Shown here one piece after another: positions 50,050-59,344 of a stretch of 64,000 nt of DNA. The position numbers and the translations under genes were made by a program. The stretch's first letter is position 1. The number at the start of each line of letters is the position of its first letter. The notes beneath the pieces are model-generated. The model ran no database searches. It was not told where the DNA came from and saw only the letters and a list, made by a program, of their open reading frames with translations. Source of the stretch: an uncultured delta proteobacterium (lineage in GTDB: Bacteria > Desulfobacterota > Binatia > UBA9968); contig CAVWLW010000002.1 in assembly GCA_963755715.1 (NCBI GenBank), positions 1 to 64,000 of the forward strand, given 5' to 3'.

Positions 50050-51093
50050 ATGATGAATGGTCCGGTGATCGACGCCGATGGGCATGTTTTGGAAAAAGAA
50101 CGTTACATCCGCAAGTATCTCGAAGCGCCCTGGGACAAGCGGTCGACGTCGCTGCGCACGCGGGATCAGCCCTGGGACGCGAATCTGTTCGATAGCTTCG
50201 AAATGGCGGTGCGCTGGGAAGATCTCAGTCCCAAGGAACAGATCGACGAATGGCATGCGGTGATGGAGCGCGAGGGGATGGTTCATGCGATTTGTTTTCC
50301 CACCGGCTCGGGCAATGTCTCGAAAATCCAAGAGTTGGATTTCGCTCTTGCGGTGGCGCGCGCGTGCAACACCCACTTTGCCAAAGAATTTAACGCCCTG
50401 TCCAATCGCGTGAGCTGTGTCGGCGTGCTGCCGTTGCGTGATCCGAAGGCCGCCGCTGAAGAGCTGCGGCGTGGCGTGACGGAGTTGGGCTTGAAGGGGT
50501 TCGAGATCTTGCCAATGGGCTTGCCCATGGCGCTGGGCAGCACATTTTACGATCCGGTCTACGCCGAAGCGGAAAAGTTGGGCGCGGTGATCGGTATCCA
50601 CGGCTCGCGCAGTAATTCCCATGAGATCGGCGCGGCGAATCTGTCGACTTTCGCAGAGGTGCATTCGTACGCCTTTACTGTCGGCTTGTTGTTGCAGTTT
50701 ACGCATGTCGTTTGCCAGGGTTTGCCGGTGCGTTTTCCAAACTTGAAATTAGCTTTCTTGGAGATCGGCGCAACTTGGCTGCCGTATTATTTGGACCGGC
50801 TGGACGAGCACTGGGAGAAGCGCGCCAAGCATGAAATGCCGCTGCTCAAGGACAAGCCGAGCGATTTGGTGCGAAAGTCGAAAATGTATTTCAGCCTCGA
50901 GTCGGGCGAGTCGTTGCTGCCCGAGTCGATCCATTACCTCGGCGCGGAGCATTTTCTTTATGCGTCGGATATTCCGCACTGGGACAATGAATTTCCCGGC
51001 AATCTTCACGCGCTGCGCAATCATCCGCGCATCTCGGATGCCGACAAGGAGAAAATTCTGTACAGCAACGCCAAGCGGCTTTTTAACCTGTAG
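50050..51093 (+). CDS. Amidohydrolase_2 family protein
   Basis: IDADGH, FPT, GIHG, FLEIGATW, YASDIPHWD, NAKRLF. Confidence 0.9.
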   Translation: MMNGPVIDADGHVLEKERYIRKYLEAPWDKRSTSLRTRDQPWDANLFDSFEMAVRWEDLSPKEQIDEWHAVMEREGMVHAICFPTGSGNVSKIQELDFALAVARACNTHFAKEFNALSNRVSCVGVLPLRDPKAAAEELRRGVTELGLKGFEILPMGLPMALGSTFYDPVYAEAEKLGAVIGIHGSRSNSHEIGAANLSTFAEVHSYAFTVGLLLQFTHVVCQGLPVRFPNLKLAFLEIGATWLPYYLDRLDEHWEKRAKHEMPLLKDKPSDLVRKSKMYFSLESGESLLPESIHYLGAEHFLYASDIPHWDNEFPGNLHALRNHPRISDADKEKILYSNAKRLFNL

Positions 51094-51120
51094 CTTTTAT
51101 GCTCCTCCGTGAGGTCTTCC

Positions 51121-52125
51121 ATGTTTAGTCGCAGACTAAATATCGTTCGCTTTTTGCTTTTTGTCATCCTCTGCGCGCCGTCTCCGCTCGCACAGGCGGC
51201 CGACAAAATTGTCGCGCTTTATTCTTCGCATGCGGTCCCCTATGTGATGCCGTGGGTCGCTGAGGAGCTGGGAGCGCTCAAAAAATACGATATAGAGCTG
51301 GAGTTCGTCTACATACCGTCATCGTCAGCGGCGACGGCGGCGATCCTCGGCGGCAATGTCGAAATTGGTTTGCTCGGGGGCGTCGGTATCGTCAATGCTT
51401 ACTCCAGCGGCGCCACGGACGTAGTCTTTATCGGCAGTATCAAGAACATCATGACGCAAAGCATTCTCGCCAAGCCGGAAATCACCCGGCTGGAGCAGCT
51501 TCGCGGTAAACGGATCGGCGTGACGCGCATCGGCAGCAACACGCATTTTTTCACGGTACAGGCGTTTCGCCGGGCCGGCATGAACCCGGACAAGGATTTT
51601 ATTTTTATTCAGACCGGGGGTGACAACGAAACCTTGGGTGCGCTCGCATCGGGTCGGATCGACGCCGCGACGATGCTGCCTCCCACCGACGGCCGGGCGA
51701 TTGCGCTGGGGTTTCGTTACGTAGTCTTCGGACCGGACATCGCAATTCCCTATGCCGCTTCGACCATCACCTCACGGCGGTCGGTCATCGCGCGGCGCGG
51801 GCCGGTGATCGGCCGCTTCATGCGCGCCATGGCCGAAGCCTCAAAGGCGATGCACCGTGACCGAGAGCTGGTTTATCGCGTGATGGAAAAGAAACTGCGC
51901 ATTAAAGATCGCTCGATCCTCGAGGCCAGCTACAACATCGAGATGAAAGTGATGGAGCCGCGCCTGGAGCTCAAAGCGCCGGCGATCCAACCGATGATCG
52001 AGGAAGTCGCCAAAACCAATCCGCGCGCCAACGACGTCAAGCCGCAGGATCTGATGGATCGGCGCTATTTAGCGGAAATGGAAAGCAGCGGCTTCTTTAG
52101 TCAACTGTGGGGTGAAAAGCGTTAA
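51121..52125 (+). CDS. SsuA/THI5-like substrate-binding protein
   Basis: Signal peptide, QLRGKRIGVTRIGS, ALASGRIDA, EMESSGFF. Confidence 0.88.
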   Translation: MFSRRLNIVRFLLFVILCAPSPLAQAADKIVALYSSHAVPYVMPWVAEELGALKKYDIELEFVYIPSSSAATAAILGGNVEIGLLGGVGIVNAYSSGATDVVFIGSIKNIMTQSILAKPEITRLEQLRGKRIGVTRIGSNTHFFTVQAFRRAGMNPDKDFIFIQTGGDNETLGALASGRIDAATMLPPTDGRAIALGFRYVVFGPDIAIPYAASTITSRRSVIARRGPVIGRFMRAMAEASKAMHRDRELVYRVMEKKLRIKDRSILEASYNIEMKVMEPRLELKAPAIQPMIEEVAKTNPRANDVKPQDLMDRRYLAEMESSGFFSQLWGEKR

Positions 52126-52212
52126 CATCTTCGAGGATGGAGAATGGGGAGGATCGAAGATAGAGCACACAGTCCTCCTCTATGCTCGGTTTCTCTGTCG
52201 CCGTGCTTCTGT

Positions 52213-53354
52213 TTATCTCGCGGGCAAATCTTCGTTTTCAGATTGAACCAATTGCGTGCATTCTCGCCGAGGACGTGACGGAGCTTGTCTTCGGTCATGC
52301 CGGGAATTTTCTTCACTTCTTTAACCGAGTCGGGAAACTCCGAGTCCCAGTGGCGATAATCGGAGGCATACATCACTTGCGTGATGCCGATATCGTCGAG
52401 CACATAAGGCAAAATAGTTTCTTCCGGCTCGCAGGTGAAAGCGACTTGGGAACTCTTGATGATTTCCGACGGTTTCCGTTTCAGCAACGGCCACTGCGGC
52501 CGCAGCTTGTGAAAGTGTTCGTCCATGCGTTCCGACCAGAAGGGCAGCCAGCCGCAGGCGCCTTCCATGAAGCCGACTTTGAGCTTGGGATAGCGGTCGA
52601 AGACGCCTTCGCCGATCATGTGCATGAGCGCGATCATCAGCTCGAAGGGAAACGACGTCATATGCACATAGCTGTATTTTTCCATGCGCTCGCTGCCGGC
52701 GCCCATGACGCCCCACACGCCATACTGGCCGTCATGTTCGGTTTGCGGATGAACCGAGAGCGCCATGCCGATTTCCTGCGCCGCGGCGTAAACCGGGTCG
52801 AACATGCGATGTCCGAGATTGATGCCATAAACATTGGTCGGCAGCATGGCGCTGACGATGGCGCGATGCTGCGCGAGGTATGCCAATTCTTTAACGGCGG
52901 CCTGCGGATCTTGCACGGGAAGCAGCCCGACGCCTTTCAAACGTTTCGGATCGGGCGCGAGATATTCTTCGACGAGCCAGCGGTTGACCGCATGGCAGAT
53001 CGCCGCGGCCAACGGTTTGTCGGCCATGCCGTTGACCGACAACGCGATGGAAGTGCCGAAGATGATCGCGACGTCGATGCCTTCTTCGTCCATGTCGGGC
53101 AGCCGCTTGAGCGGATCAGTCATGCCGGGTCGGGCGCGCTCGATGTGCGGCGCGAAAACCTCGGCACGGTCCGGTCCACCCCCCCAGCGCCGGCGGCTGG
53201 AGAGCCTGCCTTCGATCATCAAGTGCGAATAACCGGAGCTGTCGGTGACTCGATTGGGCGCTCGTTTGGCAAACTCCGCGGGCATCCACTTCGCCAGATC
53301 GTTGTCCGGTTCGTAACAATGGCCGTCGGCATCAATCACTAGATGGGTCGCCAT
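52213..53354 (-). CDS. Amidohydrolase_2 family protein; probable frameshift in the last codons
   Basis: IDADGH, DMDEEGID, VHP, FMEGACGW, YASDYRHWD, NAR.WF; RBS GGAGG. Confidence 0.9.
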
Positions 53355-53380
53355 AACACCTCCAAGAGCGTTTGATAGGG

Positions 53381-53628
53381 ATGGATTTTTACCTATTCGG
53401 GTTGGCGGTGAATTGCAAACGGGCAACGAAACTCCCGGCTTTCACCCGTTGCCCGAGTCGATATCATTGCACGCCCTCGTGCGCGTCGATTTCCGCCGGC
53501 GCGAAAAAGGCGGCAGAGCCTCGGGCAAAATCATGCAGCTTTACTTCGAGTATACGTTCTGGTGTCTGCCGGCCGGGGTCGATCCCGAAGTGGCCGCGGC
53601 CTTAAATTGGCAAGAAATAATTTTCTAA
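53381..53628 (+). CDS. Possible small hypothetical protein (frameshifted or fragment)
   Basis: The 53413..53628 frame has protein-like composition, but there is little promoter room. Confidence 0.3.
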
Positions 53629-53632
53629 GTGG

Positions 53633-54664
53633 CTAACCGGCGGCAATTTCGGCGACTATTTCAGGGAGGGAAAAGCCGCAGCGGGCGATGAGTAAGCGCT
53701 CGAAGTCGGCGTCGGTAGAAAACTTAAAGCGGACCGCGCCGGTCTGGTCCCAAAGCTCCTTAGACGGTATCTGACACTGATTGCAGGAAGCTCCCTTGTC
53801 GCAACTCGACAGTTTAGCGCCGCTCGTGACGGTGGCGGTTGTGCCGATGCGCGGGTCCACGCCGCGCGAGTTTACGCGCACGACGACGCCGCTGCCGCGG
53901 TAATCGATCCCAGGGAATTGACGCGCTTGGCGGTTCGGATTGAGATCCACCGGGGTTTCCGAAAGCACGCCGCGGCGGATCTCGTGGGTCTCGGCGTCGA
54001 ATTCGACTTCTTCTCCGGTCGGCAACGTAACGATGTTTCGGCCGCCTGAGTTGACGATGGCGGGCAGAAATTTGCGCGGAAAAAATAACATGAGGGTGTT
54101 CATGATTTCGCTCAAACGAAAGACCCGGTCGCGCGCAGGGGCCCAGTCCGAGACCATCAGATAGATGTCTTGGCGGGCGCGCTCATCGAAGCGGAATTGA
54201 AAATCACGGGTGAACAACTGATTTTTTACCGCGTCGTGGCGGGGCGCGAGGATCGGGTTGCCGCCCTGATTGGAAAATTCAAAGCCGACGATCTCGCCGC
54301 GCCGATTCATGCGATACTGCCAAGCGACCTTGCGTGAAGGTTCGCTTGACCGGCTGTTGATCGTCGTATTGTACTCGACTCGGCGCGACACCGTCTCTTT
54401 TGTCGGCGCGCCGATGAGCGATTCCGGCAGCAGTCTGGGGATGATTTCCTTGTTTTGTTTGAGTGCCGTATCGACGCCGCTTTCCGGCAGCTTGGCGCTT
54501 TCGAGCGGGACGTCGGTTTTCGTTGGCTCGACTTCCTGGACGCCAGTAGTCGGCGGCGTCGAAATCGGCGTCGATCGGCAGGCGCCTAAGAAAAACGGCG
54601 TGAAGACGCAAAGCAGCAGGGCCATAGTTTTGCGCCGCATCGGATTTCCTAGAACTGGCTTCAT
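53633..54664 (-). CDS. Hypothetical lipoprotein
   Basis: Lipobox LGAC, low-complexity linker, beta-rich domain, Cys-rich C-terminus. Confidence 0.75.
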   Translation of the reverse strand: MKPVLGNPMRRKTMALLLCVFTPFFLGACRSTPISTPPTTGVQEVEPTKTDVPLESAKLPESGVDTALKQNKEIIPRLLPESLIGAPTKETVSRRVEYNTTINSRSSEPSRKVAWQYRMNRRGEIVGFEFSNQGGNPILAPRHDAVKNQLFTRDFQFRFDERARQDIYLMVSDWAPARDRVFRLSEIMNTLMLFFPRKFLPAIVNSGGRNIVTLPTGEEVEFDAETHEIRRGVLSETPVDLNPNRQARQFPGIDYRGSGVVVRVNSRGVDPRIGTTATVTSGAKLSSCDKGASCNQCQIPSKELWDQTGAVRFKFSTDADFERLLIARCGFSLPEIVAEIAAG

Positions 54665-54712
54665 CGGTCGCTAAGCTTCTCCATAATAGCTAACAATTGA
54701 ACGTTGTTCTGC

Positions 54713-54727
54713 GCAACGTTTGTGCCT
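54713..54727 (-). promoter_or_regulatory. Sigma-54-type promoter
   Basis: AGGCACAAACGTTGC upstream of the lipoprotein. Confidence 0.6.
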
Positions 54728-54849
54728 TGCCCGCCGTCCGAACGGAATGTGAATCGCGCGCAAGGCTTAACCGTAAAACGCATTTGCCGGCGCCGACTGC
54801 GCGGGGAGCACGCCATTTTTGCTCATGACTTTGGACAAAATAGACGACC

Positions 54850-55490
54850 TTATCGTGGCTGGTTAAGCTTGCCGATCTGTTCGGCGAGCTGACCCGCTGT
54901 GATCACATAACTGGGCGCGATCGGCAGGCCCGCTGACTCGAGCGCTTCGGCAACCCAGCCGTTGCAGGTCCTCAGAAGGCTGAACCTGCGCGTGGCGGGA
55001 TAGAAATAGCTGTGGACAAAAAGGCCAGGGTAGGATTGAGCGCGATACCCCGGCGCCGGGCGTGAAAAAGTTTTTGAGACAAAATCCAGCAAACGTCCAT
55101 AAGCGGCGGGCATTAAACGCAGCTCGATGATTGCCGCGCCAGCATAGAAAGCTTGCCAGTCGCCGCTCAACCCGACAACGTGGACTACGCTGCCGCTCGA
55201 CCAAAATGCCGCCTTGAGCCCCGCAAATACGCCGGCGTCCGGGTTGGGAAAATAATCCTTGTCGCCCCAGCTGAATTCGACGAATTGCGCGCTCGGGAAA
55301 ATCAACGAGCTCCGGCACACCTCGGAAGCGATATCGCCCTTGCGCAGAACGATCGCGGCATGCCAAGCGCTATGCACGATGAAGACGGACCGGCAACTTG
55401 GTGGCGGCGCCGTGCACTCCCATTCCATGCGCTTGCGTGCGCCGGCGGGGCGAGCAGCAACAGGCAAAGCAGAACAGCTCGGCAGACCAT
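54850..55490 (-). CDS. DUF2459 domain protein; frameshifted
   Basis: WHAAIVL, EFSWGD..YF, SVVHV, FYPA, TCN.WVA..L; signal peptide in a different frame. Confidence 0.75.
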
Positions 55491-55592
55491 AGACGTAAGA
55501 AAGTGCGAAAGCGCGACGTCGTTTCCAGCCGAACATAGCAAATGGGATCGTTACAATTTTAGCGATCCGACCAGTGGGGCTTACGGCACCGA

Positions 55593-57110
55593 TCAGTGTC
55601 GTTCCATGCGCAAGACGAAGCCGTTGCGTTTGATAGAAACTCGTACAGGGGCTTTGCGTTTGCTGATTTGTTCGATCAGAGTAACCAGCGGCGTCGACGC
55701 GGTCGGATAATCTTTCGGTGCGCCGGCGGCTTTCATCGCGGCGACGGCCTCCTCGCCGGCAAAATAGTGGAGCAGCTTATCATCATCGCTCACCGATGCG
55801 CCGCCGAATTTGCGGCGAAATTCTTTGAGCGACATTTCCGGCGCTTTTAGTTTGGCCAACTCCCGGCCGCGCGGACTATAGAGAAGGCGGTCTTTCAAAT
55901 CGGCGTCGATGGCCTGCGCTTCTTCTTCGCCCCAAAATCCCAGCGCATAAAGCAGCACTTCGTCGGTGACTTCCTTGTAACGCGCGCCGACCATGACGTT
56001 GATCGCGGCTTGAACGCCGAAGAATTGCGAATAGGGTGTCACCATAATCGGATAACCGAACTCGGCACGGACGCGCGAAACTTCTTCCAGCACCGCGGGC
56101 AACTGGTCGAGCTTGCCTAGATTGGCAAGCTGAAAACGGAAGTTGGAAATCATGCCGCCCGGCACTTGATGCAGCGGGTGATAGGCGTCGTATTCGAGCG
56201 GCTTGCCCACGGGCAGATTTTCTTGTTTGGCAATGGCGGTGAAATAATCGCGCACCGGCTTGAGCGATTCTTCGTCGACGTGGGTCTTGTAGCCGAGCGC
56301 CCGTGCGTTCATGGCGACGTTGAAGATCGACGGGTTGGACGAGCCATCGGCGAGCGGCGGAATCGCCGTATTGATCGAGGTGATGCCGAGCTTGATCGCT
56401 TCGAGACAACACAGCGCGCCGAGTCCGGTGTTGCAGTGGGTATGAAATTCGACCGGTTTGTCCTTCGCTTCGCGCCGGATCAACGGCACCAACCGGCGCG
56501 TGGTTTCAGGGGTGAGCAATCCGCCCGGGTCTTTGAAGCAGATACGCTCGACGTCGAGCTTGGCGGCCGCGCGCGCTCGCTCGATGAAATACTCGTCGGT
56601 ATGCTTCGGCGAAATCGAATAGATGATGTTCAAAATAGTTTTGAGACCGGCCCGTTTGGCGGCCTCGACCGCTTGCCGCCAATAGGCCGGCGTGTTCGAA
56701 GGGTCCGAAGTGCGCAGCTCGTCGATGCCGTTGGCGGCGAGCCGTTCGAGCCAGAGATCGGCTACGGCCGGCGGCGTGATCTGAAACGCCAACATCGAGC
56801 GGCTGCGGATCGAACGCAGCGGTGTTTTTCTCAAGCGTTGCTTGAGCAAGCGAACGCGCTCCCAAGGATCTTCCTTGAGATCGCGCACGCATTTTTTATA
56901 AAACGCGGAGGACATGACCTCGACGGCCTCGAAGCCGGCGCGATCGAGCCGCTCAGCGACCGGCAGCATCATTCCCGTGCGCATATTGGACGCCCACAAG
57001 CTCAAGTGGCCATCGCGCAGGGTGGTGTCGACGAAGAAGATCGTACCGGAGTTTACTTGATCGCTCACGTTAGAGCGTCCGACGGATTTGCCATTTGGCA
57101 AGGAACTCAT
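55593..57110 (-). CDS. Pyruvate carboxylase subunit B / OadA-like carboxyltransferase lacking a biotinyl domain
   Basis: DTTLRDGH.SL, EDPWER, KD.GGLL, HTHC, HQVPGGM, GYPIMVTPYSQ; no AMKM domain. Confidence 0.85.
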   Translation of the reverse strand: MSSLPNGKSVGRSNVSDQVNSGTIFFVDTTLRDGHLSLWASNMRTGMMLPVAERLDRAGFEAVEVMSSAFYKKCVRDLKEDPWERVRLLKQRLRKTPLRSIRSRSMLAFQITPPAVADLWLERLAANGIDELRTSDPSNTPAYWRQAVEAAKRAGLKTILNIIYSISPKHTDEYFIERARAAAKLDVERICFKDPGGLLTPETTRRLVPLIRREAKDKPVEFHTHCNTGLGALCCLEAIKLGITSINTAIPPLADGSSNPSIFNVAMNARALGYKTHVDEESLKPVRDYFTAIAKQENLPVGKPLEYDAYHPLHQVPGGMISNFRFQLANLGKLDQLPAVLEEVSRVRAEFGYPIMVTPYSQFFGVQAAINVMVGARYKEVTDEVLLYALGFWGEEEAQAIDADLKDRLLYSPRGRELAKLKAPEMSLKEFRRKFGGASVSDDDKLLHYFAGEEAVAAMKAAGAPKDYPTASTPLVTLIEQISKRKAPVRVSIKRNGFVLRMERH

Positions 57111-57170
57111 TGGGGGTGGCGTGAGGAAGTACGGCTGAATCGGGACGCAAACTCCAATACTTCATCTCTC

Positions 57171-58139
57171 TCAGTATCCTTGTTTGCGCAGTTTGTCGAG
57201 AATACTGCTATCGAAGAAATCGTCTTTCTTGATCTTGGCGCTTGCTGCATTGGCCTTGCGTTCCTGTTCGAGAAATATTTCGACGCCGTTATCGTCGGGG
57301 TATAAGTCGCGATCGATCTGGCCCAATAATACTTTCTGATAATAATGTTTCAGAAAAGCGTCATCTTTCAGCTTGAGTTGGCTGGCAAGAAAGTTGATGG
57401 TGCCGTGGGCATTGGAAAACACGTATCGAGTGGCGTCGAGGAGCGCTCTGACGGTATTTTCCATGATCCGCGGATTGTCTCGGATATACTCGCGGCGGGT
57501 GAAGTAGCCGGAAGAGAAGTAATGAGGAATCACGGAGGCGTATTCCAGCACGGGGCGGAAGCCTAAACGCTCCGCTTCCATGGTATAGGGAGGGGCCAGA
57601 ACGACGGCGTCGACATTTCCCGATTGCAGCATGGCAAGACGGGTTGGTTGTCCCCCCACGGTCTGAACAAACACGACGTCCGTGCCGACACGCATGCCTA
57701 GTTTTTCAAACACAACCCGGCCCCGGTAGTCCGGACCGGCGCCCGCCGTGCCGACGGCGATTTTCTTGCCGCGAAGTTGCTGTACTGATTTGATGCTCTT
57801 ATCGGCGAACACGACGAGATCCATACGGTTGCTGATAGCCCCGAAATAGATGAAATCTGTGCCGCGCAGATTGGATTGGAGCACCGCGCCCGGCGCCGAG
57901 ATGGCCATTTGCAAGCGGCCGGTTAACATTTCCTGGATAACGCTATGTCCGCCGGGCATGTACACGACATTGGCATCGATCTTATGTTTCTTAAAAAACC
58001 CCGCATCTCTGGCGATCCACAAGGGCGATTGAATGCCGATGAGCGAGCTGTAGGAAAAGGTGATGCTTTGACAGAAGCCTTCACCGTAAAGCGAGATGAA
58101 ACTCAAAATCGCCAAGATCGCGATAAAAAGTCGGCCCAT
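57171..58139 (-). CDS. SsuA/THI5-like substrate-binding protein
   Basis: LWIARDAGFFKKH, QLRGKKIA, LQSGNVDA, FFDSSIL. Confidence 0.88.
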   Translation of the reverse strand: MGRLFIAILAILSFISLYGEGFCQSITFSYSSLIGIQSPLWIARDAGFFKKHKIDANVVYMPGGHSVIQEMLTGRLQMAISAPGAVLQSNLRGTDFIYFGAISNRMDLVVFADKSIKSVQQLRGKKIAVGTAGAGPDYRGRVVFEKLGMRVGTDVVFVQTVGGQPTRLAMLQSGNVDAVVLAPPYTMEAERLGFRPVLEYASVIPHYFSSGYFTRREYIRDNPRIMENTVRALLDATRYVFSNAHGTINFLASQLKLKDDAFLKHYYQKVLLGQIDRDLYPDDNGVEIFLEQERKANAASAKIKKDDFFDSSILDKLRKQGY

Positions 58140-58209
58140 TGCTATCGCTCCGTTGCGTTATAAATCGCAGATGAGAAATCTCGAAAGGAAATGTCTCCAA
58201 CGAATGATG

Positions 58210-58545
58210 TCAATCAAGATTCACATAGGCTCGCACCCATTCGTGCGGCGTCGCGGTGTGTCCTTGACCGCTGGTATCCTCGGCGAGGAAGACGTCGCCG
58301 GGATAAAAGCTCGTGACTGTGCCGTCGCCGAGTCCGATATCGACGTGGCCGGAAAGCGTAATTACCCAGCGCCGGCGCGGCGCCCTGTGAAAATTGACAA
58401 TATGCGGCGCAAAATCGTTGCGCAACAGCAATCCGGTTGCCGGTCGTGTCGCGTTGAAAAACTCGGACTGAGCGCCCGCGTCCAACGGCTCGAAATGCGA
58501 TTGCTCGTCGGGTCCGGTGAATAAGCGATAAAACTTCATGCCCAA
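58210..58545 (-). CDS. Small cupin-like protein
   Basis: TGPDEQSHF, HRAPRR, LSG, GDVFLAEDTSGQGH. Confidence 0.85.
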   Translation of the reverse strand: MGMKFYRLFTGPDEQSHFEPLDAGAQSEFFNATRPATGLLLRNDFAPHIVNFHRAPRRRWVITLSGHVDIGLGDGTVTSFYPGDVFLAEDTSGQGHTATPHEWVRAYVNLD

Positions 58546-58695
58546 TTCGTTCGCAGGTCAATCTAGAGCTTTCGATCGACTCTTCACGGCTTTGTCTGCC
58601 ACGACTATTTCTCTGCCGGATAATATAGCAAACTTATCGGCTTTGAGGCGAGGAAAAATTGGCGAAAATCGTGGCCGTTATGAATATGAGGCGGC

Positions 58696-58732
58696 GCCAG
58701 GAGGATCGCATGCCGTTGCGAATCCTCCTGGC
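58696..58732. other. Strong hairpin downstream of a small membrane ORF
   Basis: GCCAGGAGGATCGCA...TGCGAATCCTCCTGGC. Confidence 0.55.
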
Positions 58733-58743
58733 CAAAAGCGAGC

Positions 58744-58848
58744 TTAGGACTGGAGATATGAATGAAGCATACCCCAGATTGAATAAATCACGGTCAGGCC
58801 GATGGTTCCCCAGATGATAAGCTTTAGCCAAATAGGAAAATCTTCCAT
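58744..58848 (-). CDS. 34-aa single-TM small protein (not in ORF track)
   Basis: GAGGAG RBS; MEDFPIWLKLIIWGTIGLTVIYSIWGMLHSYLQS. Confidence 0.6.
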   Translation of the reverse strand: MEDFPIWLKLIIWGTIGLTVIYSIWGMLHSYLQS

Positions 58849-58981
58849 TTTATTCTCTCCTCAGAAGCGCCGAATGCTGTCGGGCTTCGCTCGATCGTTT
58901 GCCCTGTTTTCCGGCGACAAGGCAACGTAATCCTTGTGCGCTTGCCGGATGCGGATCAGCGGCGTGGATGGCAGCGATGAT

Positions 58982-59284
58982 TTAAATGAGGAAGACAGAC
59001 TTTCTTTTATAGAGGGGGCGCGCAGCCGGAGCGGGCGGCGCTTTATCGATGGCGTTGTCTGTTCGGCTTGGCGACGCTAACGACGAGGAAATTTCGATAC
59101 AAAAGCATGTCGATGCCGGGGCATGACGGTGCTCGTCGTCGATGTCGATCGGTGCGATGAGCGAAGCAGCGGTATTTGGAACGGCAATTGAAAGTTCGCT
59201 TCGGTCCGTCGCAAGATTGAAAGACCAGCTCTGACTGAGCAGCGGCGGGATCAGGACCAGTATGAGAAGAATTCTTGCGATCAC
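58982..59284 (-). CDS. Small secreted His/Cys-containing protein, leader-peptide-like
   Basis: Signal peptide, DDEHRH..CFC, Pro-rich tail KAPPAPAARPLYKRKSVFLI. Confidence 0.5.
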   Translation of the reverse strand: MIARILLILVLIPPLLSQSWSFNLATDRSELSIAVPNTAASLIAPIDIDDEHRHAPASTCFCIEISSSLASPSRTDNAIDKAPPAPAARPLYKRKSVFLI

Positions 59285-59344
59285 ATGCGCTCACCGAGAG
59301 ACGATATCAGACCTCGCGCGAAAATCGCTGCATCGCGCGGTCGC

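Noticed and set aside
58860-58930. ACAGGGCAAAC on the minus strand resembling the start of a c-di-GMP-I riboswitch
   Set aside because: No GNRA-capped P2 stem or GACGCAAAGC junction follows
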